Of a DNA stretch of 64,000 nucleotides, positions 1-9,563 are shown piece by piece. Source of the stretch: Candidatus Omnitrophota bacterium (GTDB lineage: Bacteria; Omnitrophota; Gorgyraeia; Gygaellales; Profunditerraquicolaceae); assembly GCA_041662125.1 (NCBI GenBank), contig JBAZTA010000003.1:199992-263991 (forward strand), written 5' to 3'. Position 1 is the first letter of the stretch; every line of letters starts with the position of its first letter. Under the pieces are notes generated by a model. That model was not told the DNA's origin and made no database searches. It worked only from the letters and a program-made list of their open reading frames with translations. Position numbers and translations under genes: made by a program.

Positions 1-131
1 TCTGTAATCATAGTTCCTCCTCTAGTTATAGTATGAATTGATTATAAATACAAAAATAAACTCGGTCAACTAAAATTTTGTCTTTTTGCATTGAGTAAGC
101 CATAAAAAAACAATAAAAACGCTTTTACCTG

Positions 132-359
132 TCACTGCGTATGTGTGTTATAACTTCCGCAGCGAGGGCATGTTGAGATCTTACCCTCTTTAGTATTAAT
201 ATACGTATAGGTGCAGACTGAGCAAAACCATATGAATTTTGGATTAAGGAACAAATCTTTTTCTTTTTGCTTGAGTCTCAGCAGCCACAGGATATAAATA
301 AAGACAAGTGGTAAAACAACGTAAAAAGTTACCGCGAGAGAAAAATCCAGCCTGATCAT
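132..359 (-). CDS. small membrane-anchored zinc-ribbon protein (hypothetical)
   Basis: 75-aa ORF. N-terminal hydrophobic helix (VTFYVVLPLVFIYILWLL) and a C-terminal CxxC-N14-CxxC motif (CSVC...CPRC). Last ORF of the exbB-exbD run. Confidence 0.4.
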   Translation of the reverse strand: MIRLDFSLAVTFYVVLPLVFIYILWLLRLKQKEKDLFLNPKFIWFCSVCTYTYINTKEGKISTCPRCGSYNTHTQ

Positions 360-377
360 CCGTAAGAAGTCATAGCG

Positions 378-1034
378 TTACTTGTTTTCAGTAGAAAGGT
401 CAATTTTAATAGTCTGTCCTGTGCCTTCCTGGAAATGGTTTTGCTGTATAAATAGATAATGTCCGATATAGCGCATTGCTAATAGGTCGACTTCCAGGTT
501 GCCTGAGGAAATTTTGCGTTTTATGATAGTTGAACTTGGCTTCTGGTCCATGCCGGCAATACACAATAGCTCAATATGCGCACTTTGCCTATCTTGAAAA
601 TATAGCGTAAAATGTTGCGGTAAAAGCGGATAAAACATAATAACGGAATCCTTAGGTATATGCATGCCTGTTGTTGAACTCGCATGGTAGAAATAGTTGC
701 TCTTTTTCACTAAAATTCCTGCGGATAACGATGGTTTTATTTCACCTAAGGCCTGTATCCTTAAACCATCCCGGGATTTTTTCAAAAACGAGGAAGATAT
801 TTTCTTGAGAAATATGCTTTCAGTAACGCTCTCATAACGATAATCATTGGAAATAGCAATATCAGGCGCAAGTAAGATCGATCCGAGGAAATTAACGTCC
901 GGACGCCGAGAATCTGCTAAACGATTGCCAAAAGTAAAACTAAAAACTCCAAATAATGCGGCATGGCCTAAAAACGAGATTAGAATCGTTTTCATTAAAT
1001 TGCCGTGAAAAAAATGCAAATTATACTGATTCAT
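378..1034 (-). CDS. hypothetical membrane-anchored protein, possible divergent TonB-family partner of ExbBD
   Basis: ORF track gives 378..1091. I prefer the ATG at 1034..1032, which overlaps the exbD stop (TAATG) and suggests translational coupling. It has an N-terminal TM helix (MKTILISFLGHAALFGVFSF). Its position right after exbB-exbD is where tonB usually sits, but I see no Pro-rich spacer, so the product call is weak. Confidence 0.45.
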   Translation of the reverse strand: MNQYNLHFFHGNLMKTILISFLGHAALFGVFSFTFGNRLADSRRPDVNFLGSILLAPDIAISNDYRYESVTESIFLKKISSSFLKKSRDGLRIQALGEIKPSLSAGILVKKSNYFYHASSTTGMHIPKDSVIMFYPLLPQHFTLYFQDRQSAHIELLCIAGMDQKPSSTIIKRKISSGNLEVDLLAMRYIGHYLFIQQNHFQEGTGQTIKIDLSTENK

Positions 1035-1435
1035 TATTGGTCGGTGGCGATATTTATCACCGCAATACCATGTTCCCTGGCCATATCCCAAATTTCCACT
1101 ACTTTTCCCAGTGAAGCCCGTTTATCCGCTTTAATTAAAACAGACGCGTTTTCCTGAGCCGCTCCAGCAAGTAAACTTTTGAGCCCCTCTGAAGGTTTTA
1201 TTTCTTCAGCGTTAGAATATATCTTTCCTTCTGGAGTAAGAGTTATTACCAGATTACCTCGCCCAAGCGTTTGACTTGTTACGGCTTTTGGCAATTTTAT
1301 GGTTATACCCGGCTGCATGATAAAACTGGAAGTCAGCATAAAGAATATCAAAAGCAAGAAGATGATATCGATTAAAGGCGCTATATCGATCTGTTTTAAA
1401 CCGTGCTCCAATTCAACATGTTTCCTGAATTTCAT
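1034..1435 (-). CDS. exbD: biopolymer transport protein ExbD/TolR
   Basis: 133 aa with a single N-terminal TM segment (IAPLIDIIFLLLIFFML), typical of the ExbD/TolR fold. It lies directly downstream of exbB. Confidence 0.9.
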   Translation of the reverse strand: MKFRKHVELEHGLKQIDIAPLIDIIFLLLIFFMLTSSFIMQPGITIKLPKAVTSQTLGRGNLVITLTPEGKIYSNAEEIKPSEGLKSLLAGAAQENASVLIKADKRASLGKVVEIWDMAREHGIAVINIATDQ

Positions 1436-1450
1436 TTTTTCCTTTCTGGA

Positions 1451-2083
1451 TCATTCAGTCAGGAAATTGACTAATTCTGTAGCTGTCCGCTCCATTTCAA
1501 GAATTGCATTGTTAACGCGGCTGACCAAATAATTATACAGGACATAAGCCGGGATAGCGATAATAAGGCCTGCAATCGTCGTAAGTAATGCTTCCCAAAT
1601 ACCGCCTGCTAATTCTCCGGGTGAAACAGGCGCCAAAACCGTAGCTTTAGCCTGAATAAGCTGGAAACATCTCACCATTCCCGTTACCGTCCCCAAAAGA
1701 CCCAACAAAGGGCAAATATGCGCAATGGTTGCCAGCGCTGAAAGATTTTTCTCCAGCTTAGGGATTACATACAGTGAGGCATCTTCAATCGCTTCTTTTA
1801 TCTGAAGCCGCGGCCGGTCATACTTCAAGATTCCCGCTTTAAGAATATGCGCAAGAGGAGATTGTGTTTTATCGCAGAGCTGCAAGGCTTCCTGGATCTG
1901 ATGCCTTTTTATCTTTTCCAGGATACTGTCTAAAAAAGATTGTGAATCAAGCGTTATGGTATGAAGGTACCAGAATTTTTCCAGCACAATCGCTACCCCA
2001 AAAACGGAACATAACATGATCGGCCACATTATTGGCCCGCCGGATGAAAATAAACTCCAGAGGTTCATTCTGTAAAGATCCAT
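1451..2083 (-). CDS. exbB: MotA/TolQ/ExbB proton-channel family protein
   Basis: 210 aa with three TM segments and the conserved C-terminal region (LGLLGTVTGM...ALLTTIAGLIIAIPAYVLYNYL) of ExbB/TolQ. Confidence 0.9.
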   Translation of the reverse strand: MDLYRMNLWSLFSSGGPIMWPIMLCSVFGVAIVLEKFWYLHTITLDSQSFLDSILEKIKRHQIQEALQLCDKTQSPLAHILKAGILKYDRPRLQIKEAIEDASLYVIPKLEKNLSALATIAHICPLLGLLGTVTGMVRCFQLIQAKATVLAPVSPGELAGGIWEALLTTIAGLIIAIPAYVLYNYLVSRVNNAILEMERTATELVNFLTE

Positions 2084-2111
2084 ACCTCATCCTTTCATTT
2101 TCCGAAAAAAC

Positions 2112-4619
2112 TTATTGCTTTCGATTTGCTTTAAGCGCCTCCAATTTCTCTTGCGCGAATTTAGCTTCAGGAACGTTCATTTCGGCGATCTTTTTGTAAA
2201 AATTACAGGCTTGATTGATATCTGTCATGTCTTCATATATTTGAGCGATTCGCAGAAGCGATTTTACGGATAAAGCAGTATTATCTGCATGAATATAGGT
2301 GACTTTAAGATAGCCTTCAATTGCCTCTTTGAAACTGCCTTGTGCCTGCCTGATCTCAGCTATTTTAAATCTGATCTCCGCGGTTTCTCTTGCGGGGACC
2401 AGCTCTAAAGCTTTCTCATAATACGCGGCCGATTCATCGTATTTCTTTTCTTTACCGAGCAGGTCAGCTATTTTTGGAAATACCAGATTACGAAGATGGG
2501 GAAATTTATTCGCAATCTGAGTATACGCATTAAAGGCCTGTTCGAACTTTTCCTGTTTCGTATAAATATCTGCGATAGCGATCAAAGCCTGTCCGGATAA
2601 ATCAGAGGCCCCCGAATCGATGACTTTTTGAAAATTCTCCATCGCATCCCTATATTTTTGCTGTTCCACATAAATAGACCCCAATACATAATATGCATCA
2701 TTGATCAAATTGCTTTTTGGAAAATCGTTGATCAACGAAGAAAAATAGCGGCTCGCTAAATTTAAATCATTGTGCCGGTAATAATACTCACCCAGCCACC
2801 ACATGATCTCAGCCGTAAGGCTTGAATCAGGGTATTTTGTCCGTAATGACTTGAACCGTTGCATGGCCTCTGGCTCATTGCCCATCAGATAATAGCAATC
2901 TGCTATTTCATACTCGGCTTTTTGGCACAGCTCAGCATCTTGGCTATAGGCCCGCACAATGTTTTTAAAAGCTTCAATTGCCGCTAAGAACTCCTCCAAA
3001 TTAAATAAGCTGCTCCCCAATAAATACATTGCCTGGGAATACAGGGGGCTGTCTTTAAAATCAACAAGGAATTTTTCGAAGATTTCTTTGCTCGAACGGT
3101 AATCCTGTTTTTGAAAATACGCTAAACCCAGCGCGTATGAAACATCATCGAGTAATTTTGAGTTTGGAAAATTCCTTTTCAGGCTCAAGAAACTCATGAT
3201 AGCGCCTTCGTAGTTAGCTGTTTTTAGATGCGTGATCCCTAATTGATACTGCACGTAATCGTTATAGAGGCTGTCGGGATATTCCTTTAAAATACTGTCA
3301 TATGATTCCTGTGCTTTTCCATACTCTCCCGAATCCTGGTAGGCATCACCGATTTGGCAGAGCGCGCTTATTTTAACGATTTGGTCCCCGCTTTGGGTAG
3401 CGATTTTTTGGAATTCTTTAATGGCTTCTTTAAATTCTCCTTCCTTAAAGAATGTCCATGCAAGCCCGTAATGAAGCTTATCGGTTATTTCTCCCGAGCC
3501 CGGTTGCGCGGAAACTTTTTTTAACCCCATTTTATAAAAAGTCTCAGCTTCTTTGAATTCACCCAGATTATATAACGAGTCAGCTTTGCCTAAATATGCC
3601 TGCAGTGATACGGCAGCGTCTTGAGTAGTATTGATAAGCGATTCATATATGTCTCTTGAGTCAGAAAACTTTTTTACCTCAAAGTTAAGAATAGCCTTTC
3701 CCAGCATCAACACATCGAGGCTCCTTTTTTCAAGATTTTCACTTTTGACCGAAGCAAATATTGCCTCTGCCTGCTCATATTGTTTTAACCGTAACAAAGA
3801 CCACCCCATCCCCATTTGAGAAACTGCCCTGGTCTTCTCCTCGGTGGTTTTAGTAAGCACTTTTGCGTATTCTTCCGTCGCCTCACTGAAATTATTAAGA
3901 TAATAATCAGCCTCAGCTAAATAGAAATAAAAATATGCTATTCTTGTGCTATCTTTGGCATACGTTTTGAGGTAAGCCTTAGTTTTTTCTTTGACCCCTA
4001 TGTAATCTTTAAGGTTATAAAGGCATTCAACGATTTTAAAAGATGAGTCTCCGACATGCTGGTCCTGAGGGTATTTTGTTTCAATAACCGTAAAATATTC
4101 TAAGGCTTCTTTATATTGCTGGTCTTGAAGCAAACACCATCCCAATGAATAGTACGCAGCGACCAGATATGGCGATTTCGGGAATTTATCGATCACCGTC
4201 TTGTAATATACAGCTGCTTTACGGTAATTATTCCCTCTAAAATGGACCTCCGCCATCCAATACAATACTGCGTCTTGGATCTCTTGGGCGCCTGATTGAT
4301 CCATGAGCTCATTAAATTTACTGAGCGCGTCAAGGAACTTGCTTTGATGAAAATAACACTCGCCTATTAAAAGATTAACTTCTGCTTTTCGAGGCGAGGC
4401 AGGATATTGGATAAGAAAACGTTGCAAAAGCGATAATGCAACATCATAAAAACCGTCTTCAATGGCTTTCTGAGCAATAAAAATACTTTCTTCTTCTTTT
4501 ACGTTCTGGTCAATGGTTTGCGCGCAAGAACAGCTCTGCGCAAAGGCAATAAAAAGGAAAACAGCGATACAGAGGGAAAGGTTTTTCCTAAAATTTTTAA
4601 TCCGTTGAAAGGTTATCAT
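2112..4619 (-). CDS. tetratricopeptide-repeat protein (exported)
   Basis: 835 aa with an N-terminal signal-like hydrophobic segment, then a long run of about 34-aa TPR-like repeats (recurrent A..Y..G...Y..A pattern). Confidence 0.85.
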   Translation of the reverse strand: MITFQRIKNFRKNLSLCIAVFLFIAFAQSCSCAQTIDQNVKEEESIFIAQKAIEDGFYDVALSLLQRFLIQYPASPRKAEVNLLIGECYFHQSKFLDALSKFNELMDQSGAQEIQDAVLYWMAEVHFRGNNYRKAAVYYKTVIDKFPKSPYLVAAYYSLGWCLLQDQQYKEALEYFTVIETKYPQDQHVGDSSFKIVECLYNLKDYIGVKEKTKAYLKTYAKDSTRIAYFYFYLAEADYYLNNFSEATEEYAKVLTKTTEEKTRAVSQMGMGWSLLRLKQYEQAEAIFASVKSENLEKRSLDVLMLGKAILNFEVKKFSDSRDIYESLINTTQDAAVSLQAYLGKADSLYNLGEFKEAETFYKMGLKKVSAQPGSGEITDKLHYGLAWTFFKEGEFKEAIKEFQKIATQSGDQIVKISALCQIGDAYQDSGEYGKAQESYDSILKEYPDSLYNDYVQYQLGITHLKTANYEGAIMSFLSLKRNFPNSKLLDDVSYALGLAYFQKQDYRSSKEIFEKFLVDFKDSPLYSQAMYLLGSSLFNLEEFLAAIEAFKNIVRAYSQDAELCQKAEYEIADCYYLMGNEPEAMQRFKSLRTKYPDSSLTAEIMWWLGEYYYRHNDLNLASRYFSSLINDFPKSNLINDAYYVLGSIYVEQQKYRDAMENFQKVIDSGASDLSGQALIAIADIYTKQEKFEQAFNAYTQIANKFPHLRNLVFPKIADLLGKEKKYDESAAYYEKALELVPARETAEIRFKIAEIRQAQGSFKEAIEGYLKVTYIHADNTALSVKSLLRIAQIYEDMTDINQACNFYKKIAEMNVPEAKFAQEKLEALKANRKQ

Positions 4620-4639
4620 AGGGTAACTATAGCATCACA

Positions 4640-7474
4640 TCAAGAGCTCTTCAATACCTTTCTTAAATACACCGCGGTAAAAGACTCTGGCTGCGCCATG
4701 ACTTCTTCAGGAGTGCCTCGGGCAACGATCATACCCCCTTTCTGGCCTCCCTGCGGCCCTAGGTCAATAATATAATCAGCGCACTTGATTACTTCAAGAT
4801 TATGTTCAATCACGATCACGGTATTGCCTTTATCAACCAATTTTTGAAGCACACCTAACAATTTCTCCACATCAGCAAAATGCAGGCCGGTGGTAGGTTC
4901 ATCTAATATATAGATCGTTTTTCCGGTAGCTCGCCGGCTGAGTTCAGAAGAAAGCTTGACTCGCTGAGCTTCGCCGCCCGACAGGGTAGTTGCAGCCTGG
5001 CCAAGTTCAATATAACCCAGGCCTACGTCGTATAACGTCACCAGCGTTTCTTTAATTTTTGGTATATTGGCAAATAACGTTAATCCTTCTTCTACGGTCA
5101 TCTCTAAAACATCGGCTATGGACTTACCTTTATATTTTACTTCTAAGGTTGCTGTATTAAAACGCTTCCCCATACAGATATCGCACTTTACATAAACATC
5201 AGGTAAAAAGTGCATCTCTATTTTTTTGGTGCCGTCACCCGAGCATGCTTCACAACGGCCGCCTTTGACATTAAAAGAAAACCTTCCCGGCCGGTATCCC
5301 CGCAGCCGCGCATCAGGAAGGCTCGAGAATATGTCCCGAATGTGGCTGAATATTCCCGTATAGGTCGCCGGGTTGGAGCGGGGCGTCCTGCCAATCGGAG
5401 ATTGGTCGACCATAATGACTTTATCCAGGTATTGAATGCCTTTGATTTTGTCATGCAGGCCCGGCCGCTCCTTTGCCGCGTATAATGATTTTGCCAGAGC
5501 TTTGTAAAGGATCTCATTTATCAAAGTCGATTTTCCCGATCCCGATACGCCGGTGATACAACTTAAGATCCCGAGAGGAAATTGTACGGTAATATTTTTT
5601 AAATTATTCTCTCGCGCACCGATAATTTCAAGGCAGTGTGCCCTTTGCCAAGGCCGGCGAACCTGCGGAGTGGGGATACTTAATTCTCTTCTTAAATATT
5701 TCGCTGTTAATGTTTCTGAACTCGATAAGAGCTCAGTAAGAGTCCCGGCAAACATGATTTCCCCGCCATGCCTGCCGGCGCCAGGGCCTAAATCAACAAT
5801 AAAATCAGCAGCTCTGATAGTTGATTCTTCATGTTCGACCACAATAACCGTATTACCCAGGTCGCGCAAAGTGGTAAGCGTTGCAATGAGCCGTGCAGTA
5901 TCCCGAGGATGAAGGCCGATACTTGGCTCATCAAGGATATAAAGCACCCCTACCAGCCCTGAGCCTACCTGAGTGGCTAATCGGACACGCTGTGCCTCGC
6001 CACCTGAAAGCGTAGCGTTTTTTCTCTCAAGTGTCAGATAATCCAACCCAACATCAATACAAAATTTCAAGCGAGCAATGATCTCTTTGACGACCTGATG
6101 GCTGATAAGCCGCTCTTTTTCAGTCAAATGCAGGCTCGTAAAGAAAGCATAAGCTTCGCTGATAGGCATGCGCGTAACATCCCAGATATTCTTACCTGAA
6201 ATATATACCGCGAGGCTTTCCTTTTTCAAGCGCGCGCCCTTACAATAGGGACAGGGTAGGCTGGACATAAAACGGGAAATTTCCTCTTTCAAATAATCGC
6301 TCTCTGTCTGTTTAAATAACCGTTCAAGATGGGGAATAAGGCCTTCAAACGGCTTATTACCGACAATAATGTCCGTTCCGAACAAAATAGCTTTTTGCAC
6401 GCCTTTACTGAGTTTTTTGAAAGGGATATCGAAGCTAAACTGCATCTTACGGGACAATTCACGCAACAGCCAGCGGTAATAAAGAATATACCCTTTACCG
6501 CCACGTTTCCATGCCTCAATCGCTCCCTCATTGATCGATTTATTCTTATCAGGAATAAGTAATTCAAGGTCAAATTCAAGTTTGATCCCTAAACCATGGC
6601 ATTCGGGACAGGCCCCGTAAGGAGAATTAAAAGAAAAGATGCGCGGCTCAACTTCTGGGATATCGATCCCGCAACGAGCGCAGGCGTATTGTTCGCTTAA
6701 AATGAGGTCTTCCGGAACCTTTTTTTGCTTCTGTGATTCGGGGGAAGCAACCTGTATCATGACCAGGCCTTTTCCGACTTTGAGAGCGGTCTCAATAGAA
6801 TCAGTAAGCCTTGTTTTTACTTCTGGTTTAATGCTCAGGCGGTCTACTACGATTTCTATGGTATGGATCTTATATTTTTCCAACTTGATCTTTGCCGGCA
6901 ATTCATACAGCAATCCATCAATACGGCAACGGATAAAACCTGCTTTTTGAATTTGCGCGGCAATATCTTTATATTCTCCTTTTTTGCCTTTAACCAAAGG
7001 AGCCAGGATATGTATTGAGCGGCCATTAAACTGATAAAGAATACGTTCGACGATCTCCTGCGAAGTCTGTTTTTCAATAGGTTGTCCGCATTGACAACAG
7101 GTAACCGTGCCTATACGGGCAAAAAGTAACCGCAAATAATCGTAGATCTCAGTTTGAGTTGCGACTGTTGAACGCGGGTTTCCCCCTGCAGTGCGTTGTT
7201 CTATGGATATTGCAGGAGATAATCCTTCAATGTATTCGACATCGGGTTTCTGAAGCTGTTCTAAGAACTGACGGGCATAACTTGAAAGGCTTTCAACATA
7301 GCGGCGCTGGCCTTCTGCATAAATAGTATCAAAGGCAAGGCTTGATTTACCGGAGCCGGATAAACCGGTAACAATGATCAACTTGTTGCGCGGAAGTACG
7401 AGGTCAATATTCTTTAAGTTATGTTCTTTGGCTCCCCGGATGACGATTTTTGGCCCAGCATTACTCGTATTCAT
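4640..7474 (-). CDS. uvrA: excinuclease ABC subunit A
   Basis: 944 aa. The N-terminus ([52 protein letters not shown]) is canonical UvrA. It has two ABC ATPase modules (GLSGSGKS and GVSGSGKST Walker A, plus LSGGE signatures) and zinc-finger CxxC pairs. Confidence 0.97.
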   Translation of the reverse strand: MNTSNAGPKIVIRGAKEHNLKNIDLVLPRNKLIIVTGLSGSGKSSLAFDTIYAEGQRRYVESLSSYARQFLEQLQKPDVEYIEGLSPAISIEQRTAGGNPRSTVATQTEIYDYLRLLFARIGTVTCCQCGQPIEKQTSQEIVERILYQFNGRSIHILAPLVKGKKGEYKDIAAQIQKAGFIRCRIDGLLYELPAKIKLEKYKIHTIEIVVDRLSIKPEVKTRLTDSIETALKVGKGLVMIQVASPESQKQKKVPEDLILSEQYACARCGIDIPEVEPRIFSFNSPYGACPECHGLGIKLEFDLELLIPDKNKSINEGAIEAWKRGGKGYILYYRWLLRELSRKMQFSFDIPFKKLSKGVQKAILFGTDIIVGNKPFEGLIPHLERLFKQTESDYLKEEISRFMSSLPCPYCKGARLKKESLAVYISGKNIWDVTRMPISEAYAFFTSLHLTEKERLISHQVVKEIIARLKFCIDVGLDYLTLERKNATLSGGEAQRVRLATQVGSGLVGVLYILDEPSIGLHPRDTARLIATLTTLRDLGNTVIVVEHEESTIRAADFIVDLGPGAGRHGGEIMFAGTLTELLSSSETLTAKYLRRELSIPTPQVRRPWQRAHCLEIIGARENNLKNITVQFPLGILSCITGVSGSGKSTLINEILYKALAKSLYAAKERPGLHDKIKGIQYLDKVIMVDQSPIGRTPRSNPATYTGIFSHIRDIFSSLPDARLRGYRPGRFSFNVKGGRCEACSGDGTKKIEMHFLPDVYVKCDICMGKRFNTATLEVKYKGKSIADVLEMTVEEGLTLFANIPKIKETLVTLYDVGLGYIELGQAATTLSGGEAQRVKLSSELSRRATGKTIYILDEPTTGLHFADVEKLLGVLQKLVDKGNTVIVIEHNLEVIKCADYIIDLGPQGGQKGGMIVARGTPEEVMAQPESFTAVYLRKVLKSS

Positions 7475-7485
7475 ATTTTTTATAA

Positions 7486-7546
7486 CAATACTGCCCTCTA
7501 ACTATGATAATACTTAACATTATTCACTTGTTAGAGGGCAGTATTG
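7486..7546 (-). promoter_or_regulatory. perfect 17-bp inverted repeat with a 27-nt spacer, 11 nt upstream of the uvrA ATG (candidate operator or leader hairpin)
   Basis: CAATACTGCCCTCTAAC at 7486-7502 and GTTAGAGGGCAGTATTG at 7530-7546 are exact reverse complements. The repeat lies between the stop of the small gene 7555..7809 and the uvrA start. Confidence 0.35.
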
Positions 7547-7554
7547 CGGGACTC

Positions 7555-7809
7555 TTATTTCTTTGATTTCTTCTTGCCGCCTCTTTTCATTTTAGCGCAA
7601 GAAACATCGCCTGACTTATCCACGAAATAAAGGTATCCTTCTTTTCTTTTGATACCGCATTTCGAGACTTTCTTAGGCTTTCCTCCCTTTTCTTTACCTC
7701 TTGCCATTTTCGCGCAAGAGACGTCACCCTGCTTATCAACGTAATAGAGGTAACCTTTTTCTCTTTTGATGCCGACTTTCATGACTTTTTCTGCCATATT
7801 TTTTTTCAC
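7555..7809 (-). CDS. small lysine-rich protein with internal tandem duplication (hypothetical)
   Basis: 84 aa. A strong RBS (GGAGGGAGGTG) lies 8 nt upstream. Two about 36-aa repeats, GIKREKGYLYYVDKQGDVSCAKMARGKEKGG and GIKRKEGYLYFVDKSGDVSCAKMKRGGKKK, are about 75 percent identical at the nucleotide level. Confidence 0.6.
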   Translation of the reverse strand: MKKNMAEKVMKVGIKREKGYLYYVDKQGDVSCAKMARGKEKGGKPKKVSKCGIKRKEGYLYFVDKSGDVSCAKMKRGGKKKSKK

Positions 7810-7871
7810 CTCCCTCCTTTTATTTATTTTGACTCATCCTTGCCTCATACGTATTAAGAAAGGCAAGGGTA

Positions 7872-8714
7872 TTATGAACCGACCTTTACCGGATCGAGGA
7901 TCTGTTTTAAGACGGCATACGCTGAAAGCACCGCCAAATAACTGGTTTTGGGATTATCAGGATGAAGCAGATTTTCTGTGCGCGATGTGATTTTTCCTGC
8001 CAAGGAATCAATTTCAATCTGGTGAATATTTCTTTTTGCCGCAGGTGAGGCGACAATGCGCACCCTTGTTTTGTGCCGGCCTATGCCGGCAATGCTTACT
8101 ACTGCCGCAACGTTAATATTCTGCGGAAAAAACTTTACCGCCTCTTGAGCGCTTCCGGAAAATACTACAGTATCTTTCTTTATTTTTTTTAGATCTATTC
8201 CCGCATCAGTAATGAAGGTGTTCCCCTTAAATGATAACGGGTTCTTTATAGTCGTGAGCGTTACTGAACGTATTTTTGTCCCGGCAGAGGCTTTAATACC
8301 GTCAATGCCGGCAAGAGCGCCGCTGGGCAAATAAACCTTATTCCCATATTTCTTTGCCAAAGCGCGTAATTCCTTATAATACGGGAGTATCCCTCCAATG
8401 CTCATGATTATGATATCACGGCCGCCTCTTAAAACCTGTTGCGCGATATCCCAGGAACAACTGGCAGATGAAGCTTCAATGATTAAAGCAGACCTTTTGA
8501 TCAATGCATCAAGATTGCAGGCGCTTAATCGTTTATGCTTTGAGATTTTTTTTGATAAAACAGCCATTTTATGGGGATCAATATCGAATACCGCGGATAC
8601 AGCCATTTCACGGGAAAAATCTTTAGTTATTGCCTGAGCCAATGATGTCCCGATAGCCCCACAACCAACTATCCCTACAGTAATCTTTTGACGCATTCTT
8701 AAAACACTCCTCAT
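7872..8714 (-). CDS. nadX: L-aspartate dehydrogenase
   Basis: N-terminal Rossmann motif (VGIVGCGAIG). C-terminal blocks (PSGALAGIDG, TVVFSGSAQEAVKFFPQNINVA, NIHQIEI, DNPKTSYLAVLS) match the NadX/DUF108 family. The true start may be the second Met (8696). Confidence 0.8.
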   Translation of the reverse strand: MRSVLRMRQKITVGIVGCGAIGTSLAQAITKDFSREMAVSAVFDIDPHKMAVLSKKISKHKRLSACNLDALIKRSALIIEASSASCSWDIAQQVLRGGRDIIIMSIGGILPYYKELRALAKKYGNKVYLPSGALAGIDGIKASAGTKIRSVTLTTIKNPLSFKGNTFITDAGIDLKKIKKDTVVFSGSAQEAVKFFPQNINVAAVVSIAGIGRHKTRVRIVASPAAKRNIHQIEIDSLAGKITSRTENLLHPDNPKTSYLAVLSAYAVLKQILDPVKVGS

Positions 8715-9559
8715 TTTGATTTCAACACCATATTATCAATCAAACGTTTCTTGTTGATCCTTACTGCCAAAGCTAAGAGGCAATCCTGAGAGATCGTTTT
8801 GAGCGGTGTAAGATCTTCCGGATCAACCACCGCGGCATAATCAATAACAGCTGAGTTCTTTTGCTGTATAAAATTTTTCACCAAAGTAATGATCTTTTGA
8901 GCGTTTTTTTGCCCTTTTTTAACTGCACGTTTGGCTAAGCTCAGCGCCTGGTTTAAAACCAACGCATCTTTTTTCTCTGAGTCATTTAAATAAATATTCC
9001 GAGAACTCAAGGCTAAACCGCCATCTCCACGGACAATCGATAAGACCTTAAGCTTTACGGGGATATTCAAATCTTTAACCATTCGCTTTATGATGGCCAC
9101 TTGCTGAGCATCTTTTTGTCCAAAATATGCAATATCGGGGCAAACGATATTAAAGAGTTTTGTAACAATGGTTGCAACTCCGCGAAAATGATGAGGGCGT
9201 GATCTTCCGCAGAGGACACCGCTTAAACCTTCTACGGTAACAAAAGTTGTAAAGCCTTCAGGATACATATCAGCAACGGAGGGTAAAAAAATAAAATCCA
9301 CTCCAGAGCTTCGGCAAAGCGCTGTATCGTGTTTTAAAAGACGGGGGTAAGAGTGTAAGTCTTCTCGGGGGTTAAATTGGGTTGGATTAACAAAAATACT
9401 TACAACAAGGATTGAGTTTTCTTTACGCGCTGCCTGTATCAGGCTTAGATGGCCTGCGTGTAGCGCGCCCATTGTCGGGACAAAGCCAATAGATTTGTTC
9501 TTTCGTTTCAACGCAACAAGCATCTGGTGCAACCCTTGAGGCGAATGAATGATCTTCAT
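8711..9559 (-). CDS. panC: pantoate--beta-alanine ligase
   Basis: PTMGALHAGHLSL (HIGH-type nucleotidyltransferase motif) and overall PanC architecture, 282 aa. Confidence 0.95.
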   Translation of the reverse strand: MKIIHSPQGLHQMLVALKRKNKSIGFVPTMGALHAGHLSLIQAARKENSILVVSIFVNPTQFNPREDLHSYPRLLKHDTALCRSSGVDFIFLPSVADMYPEGFTTFVTVEGLSGVLCGRSRPHHFRGVATIVTKLFNIVCPDIAYFGQKDAQQVAIIKRMVKDLNIPVKLKVLSIVRGDGGLALSSRNIYLNDSEKKDALVLNQALSLAKRAVKKGQKNAQKIITLVKNFIQQKNSAVIDYAAVVDPEDLTPLKTISQDCLLALAVRINKKRLIDNMVLKSK

Positions 9560-9563
9560 AAAT

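Noticed and set aside
1-25. Start of another minus-strand gene at the left edge (GGAGG RBS at 17-21, ATG at 11..9)
   Set aside because: Only three codons fall inside the window, so it cannot be called.
1451-2083. Zorya-like (ZorAB) or other stator-based defence system
   Set aside because: ExbB (210 aa) and ExbD (133 aa) are of canonical Ton/Tol size. There is no long ZorA tail and no ZorC/D-like nuclease or helicase nearby.
7486-7546. LexA/SOS box upstream of uvrA
   Set aside because: The palindrome matches neither the CTGT-N8-ACAG nor the GAAC-N4-GTTC consensus. I keep it as an uncharacterised operator or hairpin rather than calling it an SOS box.
7838-7868. Hairpin CCTTGCCT-N15-AGGCAAGG just downstream of nadX as an intrinsic terminator
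   Set aside because: On the minus transcript it is followed by an A-rich stretch, not a U-rich one. The small gene's RBS follows immediately. It could still be a processing or attenuation stem, but I cannot support a terminator call.
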